Source: Legionella massiliensis
GTDB taxonomy: Bacteria > Pseudomonadota > Gammaproteobacteria > Legionellales > Legionellaceae
DNA: 64,000 nucleotides
NCBI RefSeq assembly: GCF_000756815.1
Contig: NZ_CCVW01000002.1
Location: 238,157-302,156 of the forward strand
Reading direction: 5' to 3'
The position numbers were made by a program, and so were the translations under genes. Each line of letters opens with the position of its first letter. Position 1 is the first letter of the stretch. Positions 50,969-62,462 of the stretch are shown here, piece after piece. The notes under the pieces were generated by a model. It did not search any database, was not told the DNA's origin, and worked only from the letters and a program-made list of their open reading frames with translations.

Positions 50969-51760
50969 ATGAAGGAGAAAACTTTGAGTGACTTATTAAG
51001 TGAACAGCATAATCACGTTTTTATCATCACCTTAAACCGTACCAACAAACACAATGCCTTTGATGATAATTTGTTAATAGCCCTGCAACAGGCACTCGAT
51101 AATGCGATAGCAAATTCCCAGGTTAGAGTCATTATCCTTAAAGCGAATGGCCGCCATTTTTCCGCTGGCGCTGATTTGGCCTGGATGCAGCGAGTGGCTG
51201 AATACAGCGAAGAAGAAAATCTTGAAGACGCTATGATTTTGGCGCGTCTGATGTATACCCTAAACCAAAGCCCCAAACCCACTATTGCTATGGTACAAGG
51301 CGCTGCCCTTGGTGGTGGCGCAGGTCTTGCCGCTGCCTGTGATATCGCTATTGCCGGCACCTCAGCTCGTTTTTGCTTTTCCGAAGTCAAGCTCGGTTTA
51401 ATACCCGCTGTAATAAGCCCTTATGTGATAAAGGCTATCGGTGAGCGAGCAGCGAAACATTTATTCATGACCGCGGAAGCCTTTGACGCGCAACAAGCCC
51501 TGAGATTACAGCTTGTACAACATTGTGTCGCAGACGAAGTCTTATGGCCTTTTACCCTGAATTATGCTGAACAAATTGCCAAGCTAGCGCCACAGGCTGT
51601 CAATGATTGTAAGCCCTTGGTTGCTCAGATTGCAGGAAAAACTATTAATGAAGACCTGATACATCAAACTGCTGCACTCATCGCAAAAAAACGTATTTCG
51701 GCAGAAGGTCAACAGGGTTTGCGTGCCTTTCTTAACAAAGAAACACCTAACTGGAGCTAG
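50969..51760 (+). CDS. liuC: Methylglutaconyl-CoA hydratase (enoyl-CoA hydratase/crotonase family)
   Basis: Start taken at ATG 50969. Crotonase oxyanion motifs ([18 protein letters not shown]). Confidence 0.8.
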   Translation: MKEKTLSDLLSEQHNHVFIITLNRTNKHNAFDDNLLIALQQALDNAIANSQVRVIILKANGRHFSAGADLAWMQRVAEYSEEENLEDAMILARLMYTLNQSPKPTIAMVQGAALGGGAGLAAACDIAIAGTSARFCFSEVKLGLIPAVISPYVIKAIGERAAKHLFMTAEAFDAQQALRLQLVQHCVADEVLWPFTLNYAEQIAKLAPQAVNDCKPLVAQIAGKTINEDLIHQTAALIAKKRISAEGQQGLRAFLNKETPNWS

Positions 51761-51768
51761 AGGTTTTC

Positions 51769-53727
51769 ATGTTTACTAAGATCCTAATTGCTAATCGCGG
51801 TGAAATTGCTTGCCGAATTATTCGAACAGCCAGACAAATGGGTATTCACTCTGTTGCAATCTATTCCACTGTCGACAAAGAAAGCCGCCATGTGCTGGAA
51901 GCAGATTCTGCCTATTGTGTCGGAGAGGCGCCTGCTAAAGAAAGCTATCTGAATATTCCAGCCATCATTGCCATAGCAAAAAGTGCTGGGGCACAAGCAA
52001 TTCATCCAGGCTACGGCTTTTTATCTGAAAACCCTCATTTTGCCAAAGCCTGCGCTGAGGCAGGAATCGTATTTATTGGTCCCTCTATCCCTGCGATGGA
52101 GGCAATGGCTTCAAAACAACTCGCCAAGCAAATGCTGGAGAAAACCAATGTTCCACTCACCCCTGGCTACCACGGTACTATCCAGGATGATGAAACACTG
52201 TTGAAAGAGGCGCGCCAGATAGGTTTCCCGGTTTTGCTCAAAGCAGCCAGCGGCGGTGGTGGCAAAGGGATGCGTTCCGTTTATGAAGAGTCAGAGTTTT
52301 ATCAGGCACTGGCCGGCGCCCGTCGAGAGTCAATGGCCAGCTTTGCTGATGACACCATGTTGATCGAAAAATTGATTCAGAATCCCCGTCATGTCGAACT
52401 GCAAATTATGGCCGATAACCATGGCCAGGTTGTTCACCTTTTTGAACGTGATTGTTCTATTCAAAGACGCCATCAAAAAATCATTGAAGAAGCCCCCGCC
52501 CCTAATTTACCAGAGAAGTTGCGTCAGGGACTGGCGGAAGCCGCCTGTGAGGTAGCCCGTTCTATCGACTACCGCGGTGCGGGTACGGTGGAGTTTTTAG
52601 TCGATGGCGCAGAACATTTTTATTTCATGGAAATGAATACCCGCTTGCAAGTTGAGCATCCAGTTACCGAAATGATTACTGGATTTGATCTAGTGGCCTG
52701 GCAGTTAAAAATTGCAGCTAATGAAGCTATCCCCTGTCTCCAGGATACTATTTCTGCCAAGGGTCATGCCTTTGAATGCCGCATCTATGCTGAAGATCCC
52801 CGCCAGGGCTTTATTCCCTCGATTGGACAAATAGACTTCCTGCAAGAACCTCAAGGCAGCGGTATCCGAATCGATAGTGGCGTGCATCGCGGTTCGGTGA
52901 TTTCCAAATATTATGATCCGATGATTGCCAAATTAATTGCCTGGGGCGAAACCCGGGAACAAGCCTTGCAGCGTATGCAACAAGGCCTGAAACACTATGC
53001 AATTAGTGGATTAAAGACCAATATTCCCTTTTTGCAGGCCATTTGCAGTCATCCGCGCTTTGTTCAAGCAGACCTAAGCACAGATTTTTTAAATCAAGAA
53101 AAAATTGCTTTGCCTGAACCTGATAAGGATTTGGCGCTAATCTTTGCTGCAAGCTATGATTTTCTGCAGCTTAGAGAGACGCTTAGCGATCCCATACTAA
53201 GTGACAGCTTTGCCTGGCAAATGCACCTTGGTTCACATTGGATCTGGCGTTATCTTATTGCTGATGAGCAGCTTGAATTAAAAATTCTTCCCCTTAACCA
53301 GGAATCCTTCAAGTTGTACCTTAGGGAGCAAGAGTTCACTCTAAGCCCCCGCCTAGCAGGTGAGCATTTATATTTAAATGATGGTCAGCTAACAAGACAA
53401 ACGCTGTTTTCGAATAAATCCGAGGTGATTACTATTTACCTTGAGCAGGGTCCAATCCAAGTTGAACGCTTCAATTGGCAAAACTTCGGCACTACCTCGG
53501 CAACCCAGAAAGGCCAACTTACTGCACCAATGCCGGCAACTGTTGTCGCTATTTTGAAAAGCATAGGTGATAAAGTAAAAGAAGGCGAAAGTTTAATTGT
53601 TTTAGAGGCAATGAAAATGGAACATACCATTCACGCACCTAAGGATGGTATTCTGGCTGAGCTTTTTTACGAAGTTGGCTCGCAAGTCAATGAAGGGGCG
53701 GAATTGTTAGCCTTAAAAGAGGGATAA
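51769..53727 (+). CDS. liuD: Methylcrotonoyl-CoA carboxylase, biotin-carrying (alpha) subunit
   Basis: 652 aa. Biotin carboxylase ATP-grasp domain, and a C-terminal biotinyl motif EAMKME. Confidence 0.9.
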   Translation: MFTKILIANRGEIACRIIRTARQMGIHSVAIYSTVDKESRHVLEADSAYCVGEAPAKESYLNIPAIIAIAKSAGAQAIHPGYGFLSENPHFAKACAEAGIVFIGPSIPAMEAMASKQLAKQMLEKTNVPLTPGYHGTIQDDETLLKEARQIGFPVLLKAASGGGGKGMRSVYEESEFYQALAGARRESMASFADDTMLIEKLIQNPRHVELQIMADNHGQVVHLFERDCSIQRRHQKIIEEAPAPNLPEKLRQGLAEAACEVARSIDYRGAGTVEFLVDGAEHFYFMEMNTRLQVEHPVTEMITGFDLVAWQLKIAANEAIPCLQDTISAKGHAFECRIYAEDPRQGFIPSIGQIDFLQEPQGSGIRIDSGVHRGSVISKYYDPMIAKLIAWGETREQALQRMQQGLKHYAISGLKTNIPFLQAICSHPRFVQADLSTDFLNQEKIALPEPDKDLALIFAASYDFLQLRETLSDPILSDSFAWQMHLGSHWIWRYLIADEQLELKILPLNQESFKLYLREQEFTLSPRLAGEHLYLNDGQLTRQTLFSNKSEVITIYLEQGPIQVERFNWQNFGTTSATQKGQLTAPMPATVVAILKSIGDKVKEGESLIVLEAMKMEHTIHAPKDGILAELFYEVGSQVNEGAELLALKEG

Positions 53728-53729
53728 TT

Positions 53730-54635
53730 ATGAACTACCCGCAACAGGTCACTATCGTTGAGGTAGGCCCTCGTGATGGCCTGCAGAATGAAGCGACATT
53801 TGTAGCAACAGAGAAGAAAGTAGAACTGATCAATTTATTAAGTCAAAGTGGCCTACAAAACATCGAGGTCACTAGCTTTGTTTCACCTAAGGCCATCCCT
53901 CAACTTGCTGATAATGAGGCTGTTTTTAGCACAATATCTAAGACCGGCTCTATTCACTATTCGGCGCTGGTTCCTAATGAACGAGGTATGGTAAAAGCCT
54001 TAGAACTTGGTTTAACAGAAATTGCTGTTTTCACAGCGGCCTCAGAATCCTTTAATCAACGTAATATCAACTGTTCAATTGCTGAAAGTATCGCCCGCTT
54101 CGAACCCGTTATCAGCTTAGCAAAGGCGAATAAGGTCAAGGTTCGTGCCTATATTTCCTGCGCACTCGGCTGTCCCTATGAGGGTGAAATTAGCTCTCAG
54201 CAAGTCGCGGTTGTTGCCCGCCAATTACTCGCCTTGGGTATTGATGAACTTTGTCTTGGTGATACAATTGGCGTCGGTACGGCGAAGCAAACCCAAAGGG
54301 TTATCAAGGAAATCTTAGAACTCATTCCCCTTTCGCAATTAGCCATGCATTTTCACGATACTTATGGCCAGGCTGTAGCCAATATCTTTGCCTCTTTGGA
54401 ATGCGGCATAAGTCGCTTCGACAGCTCAGTTGCTGGTCTTGGCGGTTGCCCCTATGCTCGAGGAGCGACAGGGAATGTTGCTACTGAAGACGTACTTTAT
54501 CTTATGCACGGCCTCGGGATTGAAACAGGTGTTGATATCTTCAAGATAGTGGCGGCGGGCGATATGATCTGTAAGGCGATGGGGAAGAAGAACCAATCGA
54601 AGGTGGCTAATGCTTTATTAGCGAATCAAACTTGA
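53730..54635 (+). CDS. liuE: Hydroxymethylglutaryl-CoA lyase
   Basis: 301 aa. TIM-barrel HMGL motifs (VEVGPRDGLQNE, HFHDTYG). Starts 2 nt after the liuD stop. Confidence 0.85.
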   Translation: MNYPQQVTIVEVGPRDGLQNEATFVATEKKVELINLLSQSGLQNIEVTSFVSPKAIPQLADNEAVFSTISKTGSIHYSALVPNERGMVKALELGLTEIAVFTAASESFNQRNINCSIAESIARFEPVISLAKANKVKVRAYISCALGCPYEGEISSQQVAVVARQLLALGIDELCLGDTIGVGTAKQTQRVIKEILELIPLSQLAMHFHDTYGQAVANIFASLECGISRFDSSVAGLGGCPYARGATGNVATEDVLYLMHGLGIETGVDIFKIVAAGDMICKAMGKKNQSKVANALLANQT

Positions 54636-54666
54636 GGGGTTTCTGGTAAAGAACTTCCAATCGAGC

Positions 54667-54773
54667 CCCCTCATCCGCCCTTCAGGCACCTTCTCCCCTG
54701 AGGGGCAAAGGGAAAAATCGGGATTCTCCCTTCTCCCTTTCGGGGAGAAGGTGCCCGGAGGGCGGATGAGGGT
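54667..54773. terminator. Type H GC-rich 107-bp hairpin (ccctcatccgcccttcaggcaccttctcccc...ggggagaaggtgcccggagggcggatgaggg) followed by tttctgcc. Probable terminator between the liu and polyamine operons.
   Basis: Read directly. Related sequences at 16947-17035 and 50897-50945. Confidence 0.5.
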
Positions 54774-54914
54774 TTCTGCCTTCGAAATGATAAGAACGTA
54801 GGCTGAGCTGATAAGCTCATCAAAAAAGGTTTTTTTTGAAACACAACGAAAATATAATACCCAAGTTGACTAAACTATTTTATTATACCTAATTTTTAAA
54901 AGACGAGGCTGTAG

Positions 54915-55781
54915 ATGACAGAAGGCAGATTAAAACTTGGACTAGTCCAAGAAAAATGGAGTGAAAACCCACAAGAACACCAGGAGAGGCTTGCTTCGGG
55001 CATTTTTGCTGCAGCCAAACAAGGCGCAGAAATTGTCTGCTTGCAAGAATTAACGCTTTCACCCTATTTCTGCACTCGCCACGACGTCGATGGCAGTCCC
55101 TATATGGAAGACCTTAGTACAGGTCCTACCGCTCGCTTTGTTTCTGAAATGGCTAAATCAGCGAAAGTAACTATTACAGCCTCCCTCTTTGAGAAGGCGG
55201 GATACAATACTGCGGTTGCCTTTGATGAAACCGGAAAATTAGCAGCTGTAACTCGTAAACAGCATATTCCCAGCGGTGAAAAATACCATGAAAACTATTA
55301 TTTCAAACCAGGTGATTCAGATTATCCGGTACATAAGCTTGCCGGCCATAATTTCGGTCTGCCAACCTGCTATGACCAATGGTTTCCTGAACTATCGCGT
55401 ATCTACGGTTTAAAAGACACAGAAATTCTAGTTTACCCAACCGCAATTGGTGGTGAACCCACTGCACCTGGTTTTGATTCCCAACCCATGTGGCAAAAAG
55501 TCATGGTCGCCCAAGGCATTATGGCTAATACCTTCATTGTTGCAGTCAATCGCATTGGCATTGAAGATGGGCTGGAGTTTTACGGTAGCAGTTTTATCTC
55601 CAATCCAATGGGAGAAATTTTAGTGCAGGCACCACGTAATGAGCCTGCAGTCTTAGTGGCTGAATTGGATTTTAGCCAACGCGCGCTCTGGGGCCGTTTG
55701 TTTCCCTTTGCCGCTCAACGCGAGCCTGAGACCTATCAGGAGTTGCTCAAGCCTCGCAAATCCAGTGTGGGAATTCCCTAA
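54915..55781 (+). CDS. aguB: N-carbamoylputrescine amidase (nitrilase superfamily)
   Basis: 288 aa. Nitrilase E-K-C triad. Its stop overlaps the speA start (TAATG). Confidence 0.85.
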   Translation: MTEGRLKLGLVQEKWSENPQEHQERLASGIFAAAKQGAEIVCLQELTLSPYFCTRHDVDGSPYMEDLSTGPTARFVSEMAKSAKVTITASLFEKAGYNTAVAFDETGKLAAVTRKQHIPSGEKYHENYYFKPGDSDYPVHKLAGHNFGLPTCYDQWFPELSRIYGLKDTEILVYPTAIGGEPTAPGFDSQPMWQKVMVAQGIMANTFIVAVNRIGIEDGLEFYGSSFISNPMGEILVQAPRNEPAVLVAELDFSQRALWGRLFPFAAQREPETYQELLKPRKSSVGIP

Positions 55782-57676
55782 TGACCATTAATGCCGCATC
55801 CGATGAAAACTTATATAACATCGCTAACTGGGGTGAGGGTTATTTCAACATCAATCCTCGAGGGAATATTGCGATTAGCAAAAAACCTGAGGAAGAAGGT
55901 GTTGAGCTGCAAGCTATCGTTCATGCAGCCTGCCGCGCAGGACTGCAACTACCTTTGCTAATTCGTTTTACTGATATTCTGCACGATCGAGTCATCAAGC
56001 TAAACGAGGCTTTTGCAGAGGCGATAGATGAAAATAATTATCAGGGTAACTACAAACTAGTCTACCCTATCAAGGTAAACCAGGAATACTGCGTGGTGCG
56101 TGAGATTTTAAAAGCCCCTCGCTACCCTGTTGGCCTTGAGGCAGGCTCTAAACCTGAGTTAATGGCAGTTATTGGTTTGCTGGGGCAAAACCCTTCAACG
56201 ATTGTTTGCAACGGTTACAAGGATAGCTCCTATATCCGCACTGCCCTGATTGCTCAACAGATGGGACATGAAGTTTTTATTGTTATCGAAAAACGATCTG
56301 AACTGGATATTATCCTCAAAGAATCAGCCCGCCTGGATATCAAACCTAAAATTGGTGTACGTATCCGCTTAGTCACTAAAGGCGCTGGAAAATGGGAGAA
56401 TACCGGTGGTGCTAAATCAAAGTTTGGTTTAAATGCCGAGCAGGTTCTCGATGTGGTTAATCAATTAAAAGCCAGAGATTGCCTCGACTTTTTGCAATTG
56501 ATGCATTGTCATCTTGGCTCACAGATTGCCAACATTCATGATATCCGTCATTGCATGCAGGAAGTAGCGCGTTATTATATTGAGCTTCGCCGTCTGCAAG
56601 CCCCAATAAGCACCATTGATGTCGGCGGTGGCCTTGGCGTTGATTATGAGGGTACTCGCTCAAGCACTGGCTGCTCGATGAATTACACTGTTAAAGAATA
56701 CGCAACCAATATTCTTTTAGCCTTAAAGCCCTTTTGTGAAGAAGCCAATATGCCAGAGCCTAACCTGATTTCCGAATCAGGACGGGCACTCACAGCCCAT
56801 CATGCGGTTTTGGTCGCTAATATCACCGATGCAGAAATAATCAAGCCATCCCCTGTCTTGCCGCTTGTTGAATCGGCGCATTCCCATGTTATCCGCGATA
56901 TTTGGGACTCTTATCAAACCATTAGCGACAGCTTACCCAGCGAAAGCTATAACTATGCCAGCCATTCCCTTGAGGAGGCTCATTCCCTCTTTAAACATGG
57001 GGTAATTAGCCTGCAAGAAAAGGCAATGGTCGAGCAAATTTTCACGGCTATCTGTATTGAGTTGCAACAACGCCTAGATAAGGAAAATCCAGCTGATAGC
57101 GAATTGAAAAATCTGATTGATGAACGCATGGCTGCAAAGATTTTCTGTAATCTATCGTTCTTCCAGTCTATGCCAGATGCCTGGGCAATAGGCCAGATTT
57201 TTCCTGTTGCACCTATCTCGCATTTAACTGAACAGCCAAGCATGCATTCTATTCTGCAAGATCTCACCTGCGACTCTGATGGAACCTTAAAAGAATATAC
57301 GGGACGAGCTTGCATCAATACCACCTTGATGCTTCCACCCTACGATGCAGAGAATCCCTATCATCTCGCCTTTTTCCTGGTTGGTGCTTATCAAGAAATT
57401 CTTGGCAACCTACACAATCTTTTTGGTGATACTAATTCGCTGGATGTTAAATTGATTGGCGATGGTAACTTTGAAATTAATGACTTAGTCAGTGGAGATA
57501 CAGTAACTAACGTCTTGAATCTGGCTCATTTCGACACTAAAAAATTGCTTCTTTCCTATGAGAAACAACTGATTAGTGCGGAATTACCCAATGATCAAAT
57601 TCAAAGCTACCTCAATGAATTACGTAGCATTTTTACCCAATTAACCTATCTCGACAGCTCTAAAGCGAAAGGATAA
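55781..57676 (+). CDS. speA: Biosynthetic arginine decarboxylase
   Basis: 631 aa. PLP fold-III decarboxylase with the PLP-lysine region (YPIKVNQ), and the typical SpeA length. Confidence 0.9.
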   Translation: MTINAASDENLYNIANWGEGYFNINPRGNIAISKKPEEEGVELQAIVHAACRAGLQLPLLIRFTDILHDRVIKLNEAFAEAIDENNYQGNYKLVYPIKVNQEYCVVREILKAPRYPVGLEAGSKPELMAVIGLLGQNPSTIVCNGYKDSSYIRTALIAQQMGHEVFIVIEKRSELDIILKESARLDIKPKIGVRIRLVTKGAGKWENTGGAKSKFGLNAEQVLDVVNQLKARDCLDFLQLMHCHLGSQIANIHDIRHCMQEVARYYIELRRLQAPISTIDVGGGLGVDYEGTRSSTGCSMNYTVKEYATNILLALKPFCEEANMPEPNLISESGRALTAHHAVLVANITDAEIIKPSPVLPLVESAHSHVIRDIWDSYQTISDSLPSESYNYASHSLEEAHSLFKHGVISLQEKAMVEQIFTAICIELQQRLDKENPADSELKNLIDERMAAKIFCNLSFFQSMPDAWAIGQIFPVAPISHLTEQPSMHSILQDLTCDSDGTLKEYTGRACINTTLMLPPYDAENPYHLAFFLVGAYQEILGNLHNLFGDTNSLDVKLIGDGNFEINDLVSGDTVTNVLNLAHFDTKKLLLSYEKQLISAELPNDQIQSYLNELRSIFTQLTYLDSSKAKG

Positions 57677-57678
57677 CA

Positions 57679-58695
57679 ATGAATACACCCAAACAAGCTG
57701 GATACCGCATGCCACCTGAATGGCATCCACATGCCGGATGCTGGATGGCTTGGCCCTGCCATAAAGAAAGCTGGGCTGAAATTGGTTTTGAACGCGCACG
57801 CATTGCCTATGCCCGCGTTGCTAATGCGATTGCCCAATATGAGCCTGTTACACTCTTAGTTAATCCTGGTGATGAAGAATCAGCAAAACGCTTATGTGGT
57901 GAAAAAATTCGCCTGATTAGCCTGCCTATCAACGATTCATGGACACGTGATACCGGCCCTACTTTTTTGTTGAATGACAAACAGGAGCTGGCTGGTGTTG
58001 ACTGGATCCACAACGCCTGGGGTGGAAATTATGCTGACTGCGCACTCGATAATGAAATCGCCAGCGCTGTAATTCGTGATACAGAGGCTCGTCATTTCAA
58101 GGCACCGCTAGTTATGGAAGGCGGTTCTTTTCATGTTGACGGTGAAGGGACTGTATTGACCAGCAAAGAGTGTCTGCTAAATGCTAACCGCAATCCCCAA
58201 TTAAGCCAAAAGGAGATTGAGGATTACCTCTACAATTATCTCGGCACTGAAAAAATCATCTGGTTAAACAAGGGACTAGTTGGTGATGAAACCGATGGAC
58301 ACATTGACGAAATCGCTTGCTTTATCGCACCGGGCAAGGTGCTAGCCTTAATTACCCACGATAAAAATGATGTCAATTACCCTATCTTGCATGAGAATCT
58401 GGAGATACTAAAGTCAGCAACCGATGCCAAAGGCAGGCCTCTGGAAGTATTTACAGTAGAGCAACCTCCGGCCACCTATCTTGGGGAGGAGCGTCTGACC
58501 TTATCCTACATCAATTTTTATCTGGCAAATCAAGGCATTGTAATGCCTGCTTTTGGCTATGAAAAAGAAGACAAAGCGGCTTATGAGCTTTTCTGTCAGC
58601 TATTCCCCAATTATCATATTAGTCAAATCGATGCTTTAGATGTTTTTGCTGGCGGTGGCGGGATTCATTGTATTACTCAGCAACAGCCTGGTTGA
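57679..58695 (+). CDS. aguA: Agmatine deiminase
   Basis: 338 aa. Guanidino-modifying fold. C-terminal catalytic Cys in the [12 protein letters not shown] motif. Confidence 0.85.
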   Translation: MNTPKQAGYRMPPEWHPHAGCWMAWPCHKESWAEIGFERARIAYARVANAIAQYEPVTLLVNPGDEESAKRLCGEKIRLISLPINDSWTRDTGPTFLLNDKQELAGVDWIHNAWGGNYADCALDNEIASAVIRDTEARHFKAPLVMEGGSFHVDGEGTVLTSKECLLNANRNPQLSQKEIEDYLYNYLGTEKIIWLNKGLVGDETDGHIDEIACFIAPGKVLALITHDKNDVNYPILHENLEILKSATDAKGRPLEVFTVEQPPATYLGEERLTLSYINFYLANQGIVMPAFGYEKEDKAAYELFCQLFPNYHISQIDALDVFAGGGGIHCITQQQPG

Positions 58696-58709
58696 TTTGT
58701 TGTTCCTAC

Positions 58710-58852
58710 TCCCAAAGACGTACGTCATGTCGAACGTAGAGAGACATCTCCTGAATGTGGCACTGTGCTAATCCCGGAGATCCCTCACTATGTTCGGGAT
58801 GACGAGGTCTTTATCGATGTTTACCTAAAAGGGGCTGGGACGCTCAGGATGA
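58710..58852 (+). repeat. Type B mini-element, forward orientation
   Basis: cccaaagacgtacgtcatgtcgaacgtagagagacatctcctgaatgtggcactgtgctaatcccggagatccctcactatgttcgggatgacg...gggctgggacgctcaggatgac. Confidence 0.85.
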
Positions 58853-58930
58853 CAGAACATAGGAACAGTGACAAAATTGGGCTAGAACCCAGCCCAAATT
58901 AAAAAATAATAAGTAGCAAGGATAGTCAAA

Positions 58931-60874
58931 ATGAAATCAATAGTATGGGAACCCAAGCAACCTGAAACAACTAAAATGTGGCATTTTATGCGTTTCGCAG
59001 AAAAAAAATATCAACAACAATTCAATGACTATCAACAACTACATCACTGGTCGATCACTAAGCCCAGCGATTTTTGGCAAGCAATCTGTGATTATTTCGG
59101 CCTAACCTTTGATACCCCAGCAACAGAGATTCTCAATCACTATGACCACATGATGGATGCACGCTGGTTCAGCGGCGCAACCTTTAATTTTGCTGAAAAA
59201 CTATTAAAACGCCGAGACGAGCATCCAGCCCTTATTTCTATCAATGAAAATGGCGATCGCGAGGTCTTAAGTTATAAGGAGCTCTACTACCGGGTTGCCC
59301 ATTGTGCTCAGGGTTTAAAAGAGGCCGGTGTCGTCGCCGGTGATCGGGTTGCAGCAATTATGCCCAACGTGAGCTACACCATTATTGCCATGTTGGCCAC
59401 AACCTCGCTTGGGGCTATTTGGTCCTCATGCTCACCAGACTTTGGTGCTCAGGCCGTGCTAGACCGCTTAGGCCAGATCGAGCCTAAAGTACTCTTTGCT
59501 TGTGACGGACACCAATATATGGGGAAGACTCATGATGCTGCAGAAAAAATTAGCGAGGTCAGCGAGGCTATTGCTTCCTTAAAAACTGTAGTTATTTGCC
59601 CAATTATTAAGAGCAAAACCGACCTAAAGCATGTGAAAAAAGCCATAAACTGGCAGGATTTTATCAAGCCCGCTGAAGACTGCGAGTTCAAAGCCATGCC
59701 CTTTGCCCATCCTGTTTATATTCTTTATTCCTCAGGAACAACGGGTAAACCCAAATGTATAGTTCATGGTGCAGGCGGCACCTTATTGCAACACCTTAAA
59801 GAGTTGGCCTTACACTCTAATCTTGGCGACCAGGATAACCTTTGTTTTTACACAACCTGTGGTTGGATGATGTGGAACTGGATGGTTTCGGCCTTAGCCC
59901 TAGGTATTACCTTGACGCTTTATGAAGGCGCCCCCTCCTATCCTGATGCTAGCCGTTTATTTAAGTTAATTGATGAGGAACAAATTACCGTCTTTGGCAC
60001 CAGCGCCAAATTTATTTCGTCTGTAGAAAAGGCTGGCGTCAAACCAGGATCGCAATTTGGCCTAAAAAGCCTGCGTGCGATTCTGTCAACTGGCTCTCCC
60101 TTGCTACCCCAGAACTATGACTTTGTCTATGAGCAGATCAAAGCGGATGTGCAATTAAGTTCAATTTCAGGCGGTACTGATATTGTCTCCTGTTTTGCCT
60201 TAGGCAACCCTCTACTCCCTGTTTACCGCGGCGAACTACAATGCCTGGGCCTAGGCATGGCTGTTGCGGTGTTTAATGAAGAAGGGCATGCGGTATACCA
60301 GGAACATGGGGAATTAGTCTGCACTGAACCCTTCCCTTGTATGCCTGTGAGTTTTTGGGGAGATCCTAAACGCGAAGCCTATAAACACGCCTATTTTGAC
60401 CGCTTCGATAAGATATGGGCTCATGGCGACTTTGCTGAAATCACTAACCATAAGGGACTAATCATCTATGGTCGCTCAGATGCTGTCTTGAACCCAGGTG
60501 GGGTACGGATTGGTACGGCAGAAATTTATCGCCAGATAGAAAAAATTCCCGAGATCTTAGACAGCATCGTTATAGGACAGGATTGGCAAGACGATGTACG
60601 TGTCGTTCTTTTCGTTAAATTACGCGAAGGTAAGACACTCAATACAGAATTGGTAGAAACCATTCGCAAAACAATACGCAGCAATGCATCACCCCGCCAC
60701 GTCCCTGCCAAGATTCTACCGGTTGCCGATATTCCTCGTACTATCAGCGGCAAAATCGTAGAAATCGCGGTGCGCCAAGTGGTTCATAATAAAGCAATTA
60801 ATAATCTGGGTTCTTTAGCAAATCCTGAGGCACTGGAGTATTTTAAGAATCGAAAGGAATTGCAGGAGGATTAA
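58931..60874 (+). CDS. Acetoacetyl-CoA synthetase
   Basis: 647 aa. ANL adenylate-forming superfamily (YSSGTTGKPK), and an N-terminus typical of AACS (MKSIVWEPKQ...). Confidence 0.85.
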   Translation: MKSIVWEPKQPETTKMWHFMRFAEKKYQQQFNDYQQLHHWSITKPSDFWQAICDYFGLTFDTPATEILNHYDHMMDARWFSGATFNFAEKLLKRRDEHPALISINENGDREVLSYKELYYRVAHCAQGLKEAGVVAGDRVAAIMPNVSYTIIAMLATTSLGAIWSSCSPDFGAQAVLDRLGQIEPKVLFACDGHQYMGKTHDAAEKISEVSEAIASLKTVVICPIIKSKTDLKHVKKAINWQDFIKPAEDCEFKAMPFAHPVYILYSSGTTGKPKCIVHGAGGTLLQHLKELALHSNLGDQDNLCFYTTCGWMMWNWMVSALALGITLTLYEGAPSYPDASRLFKLIDEEQITVFGTSAKFISSVEKAGVKPGSQFGLKSLRAILSTGSPLLPQNYDFVYEQIKADVQLSSISGGTDIVSCFALGNPLLPVYRGELQCLGLGMAVAVFNEEGHAVYQEHGELVCTEPFPCMPVSFWGDPKREAYKHAYFDRFDKIWAHGDFAEITNHKGLIIYGRSDAVLNPGGVRIGTAEIYRQIEKIPEILDSIVIGQDWQDDVRVVLFVKLREGKTLNTELVETIRKTIRSNASPRHVPAKILPVADIPRTISGKIVEIAVRQVVHNKAINNLGSLANPEALEYFKNRKELQED

Positions 60875-60932
60875 GGTAGAAGTTTTGTAACCGCTCAATT
60901 ATCATGCTTGCTTTTTTAAATCAGGAGAACCA

Positions 60933-61235
60933 ATGCGATACCGTCTTTGTGATACAGCTTACCCAACTAATAAAGAACTGTTACGTACTCGGCTATTAGA
61001 AGAATCAACTACACATCCATTGAAACATGGTTTAAATTATTTTAGCAATTATCTTGCAGAGGGTGGCCAAAGAGAGCATCCAATATTAGGTGATTTAGCT
61101 GATTTTATTGATGAAGTGAAAAATAACTGGGATATCAATACTAATGGCACCAACTTTGTTGTAGCCCTTTTGGAAAAAAAGTTTGATTTGGCAAGCGAGT
61201 CAACAGCTGAAACAACTTTGACCGCCTCATTCTAA
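60933..61235 (+). CDS. Hypothetical protein
   Basis: 100 aa. Good AGGAG ribosome-binding site 6 nt upstream. Confidence 0.45.
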   Translation: MRYRLCDTAYPTNKELLRTRLLEESTTHPLKHGLNYFSNYLAEGGQREHPILGDLADFIDEVKNNWDINTNGTNFVVALLEKKFDLASESTAETTLTASF

Positions 61236-61345
61236 TAAGAAGAGATGGATAGGAATAGCATTGTGATAACCAGGTGGGATGTAAAATCTTGGAGAAAGTT
61301 CAATTACATAGCATTAACCTAGCTATTACTATCCACTCTACTTGC

Positions 61346-61762
61346 TTAAGAGAGACTAAAAACTTTCATCCCCTTAGCTAATTCACAATTAATTTTACGG
61401 CTCGAAAAGGGATGATAATCCTTAGCGTCCATTATTGTCATGTGCAGCTCTGCTGAACCGTCGGCATTAATATTAAATTTTGCATAATCATAAACCGCTG
61501 TGCCGCTATATCCAGGCTCATCAAGGGTGAAATGCCTATCAGATGCAGTCACACGCTTATCAGCAATCAACATCAGAGCATTGGGTTTCACAGAAACCCT
61601 AATATTGCCTAGGCTTGCGTCACAGTCTTGCAGAGAGACTACGAACACTAAATCTTTGCCAGCAGAAACCGCTTGCGCCACCTCAGGAAAAGTCTTAAGT
61701 TCTGCTGCCTGAATTGCTAAAGGAAAAAGAGCTAGAACTGGAAAAATGATTTTTTTGAGCAT
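61346..61762 (-). CDS. Small secreted hypothetical protein
   Basis: 138 aa. Signal peptide MLKKIIFPVLALFPLAIQA. Confidence 0.5.
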   Translation of the reverse strand: MLKKIIFPVLALFPLAIQAAELKTFPEVAQAVSAGKDLVFVVSLQDCDASLGNIRVSVKPNALMLIADKRVTASDRHFTLDEPGYSGTAVYDYAKFNINADGSAELHMTIMDAKDYHPFSSRKINCELAKGMKVFSLS

Positions 61763-61963
61763 TGCCTGACCTCATCTAATTAGAAAAATGCCAGGCAATC
61801 ATATCCTTAGCGGATAGTTTTGGCGATAGTAGAGGTTTGGGATGAACAATTTAGTTTAATTTTAACAAATTAGCCTCAGACTCATTTTTTTTCACTTATA
61901 CTGAAATAAAGTTTCCTAACATAATCCGTTGTTGTTATAAAAACAATAAATAAGGAGATTGCT

Positions 61964-62416
61964 ATGTGCGATAGCAAATGCATAAGTAACGGAATTGTTG
62001 CCGGTGTTGTTGCAGGTATAATCTTTGCCTTTTTTCTGCTTTTAGGGGGAATGACAGAAGTTATTGGCGGTATTATTGGTATGCCATCAAAAATAGCCGG
62101 CATGTTTGTTCACTTTATAGTCAGCATCGTCGCTGGCGTCGTCTTTGCCACAGCCCTGGGCTGGCTCGTTCGCTCTTGGGTAAGCGCCATTTTAGTAGGT
62201 CTACTCTTTGGAATTGCCATGTGGATAATAGGTCCGATGACGCTATTACCCTCCTTATCTGCTGGCGAACCCCTGTTTGCAAAATGGAATAGCGCTGGCC
62301 TTCATGCCAATATTCATCCCCTTATCGGACATCTTATCTATGGTTTAGTGCTCGGCCTGGCTTATTGCTTTTTGAAAAAAGGCAAACTGCATAAATTGAA
62401 AAAACCTAAGAATTAA
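61964..62416 (+). CDS. Small integral membrane protein (4 transmembrane helices)
   Basis: 150 aa. AAGGAG ribosome-binding site. Gly-rich transmembrane helices. Confidence 0.5.
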   Translation: MCDSKCISNGIVAGVVAGIIFAFFLLLGGMTEVIGGIIGMPSKIAGMFVHFIVSIVAGVVFATALGWLVRSWVSAILVGLLFGIAMWIIGPMTLLPSLSAGEPLFAKWNSAGLHANIHPLIGHLIYGLVLGLAYCFLKKGKLHKLKKPKN

Positions 62417-62462
62417 TTAACCATCCCCTACATCAAAGAGAATAATTAAAAAGGAGAAACTA

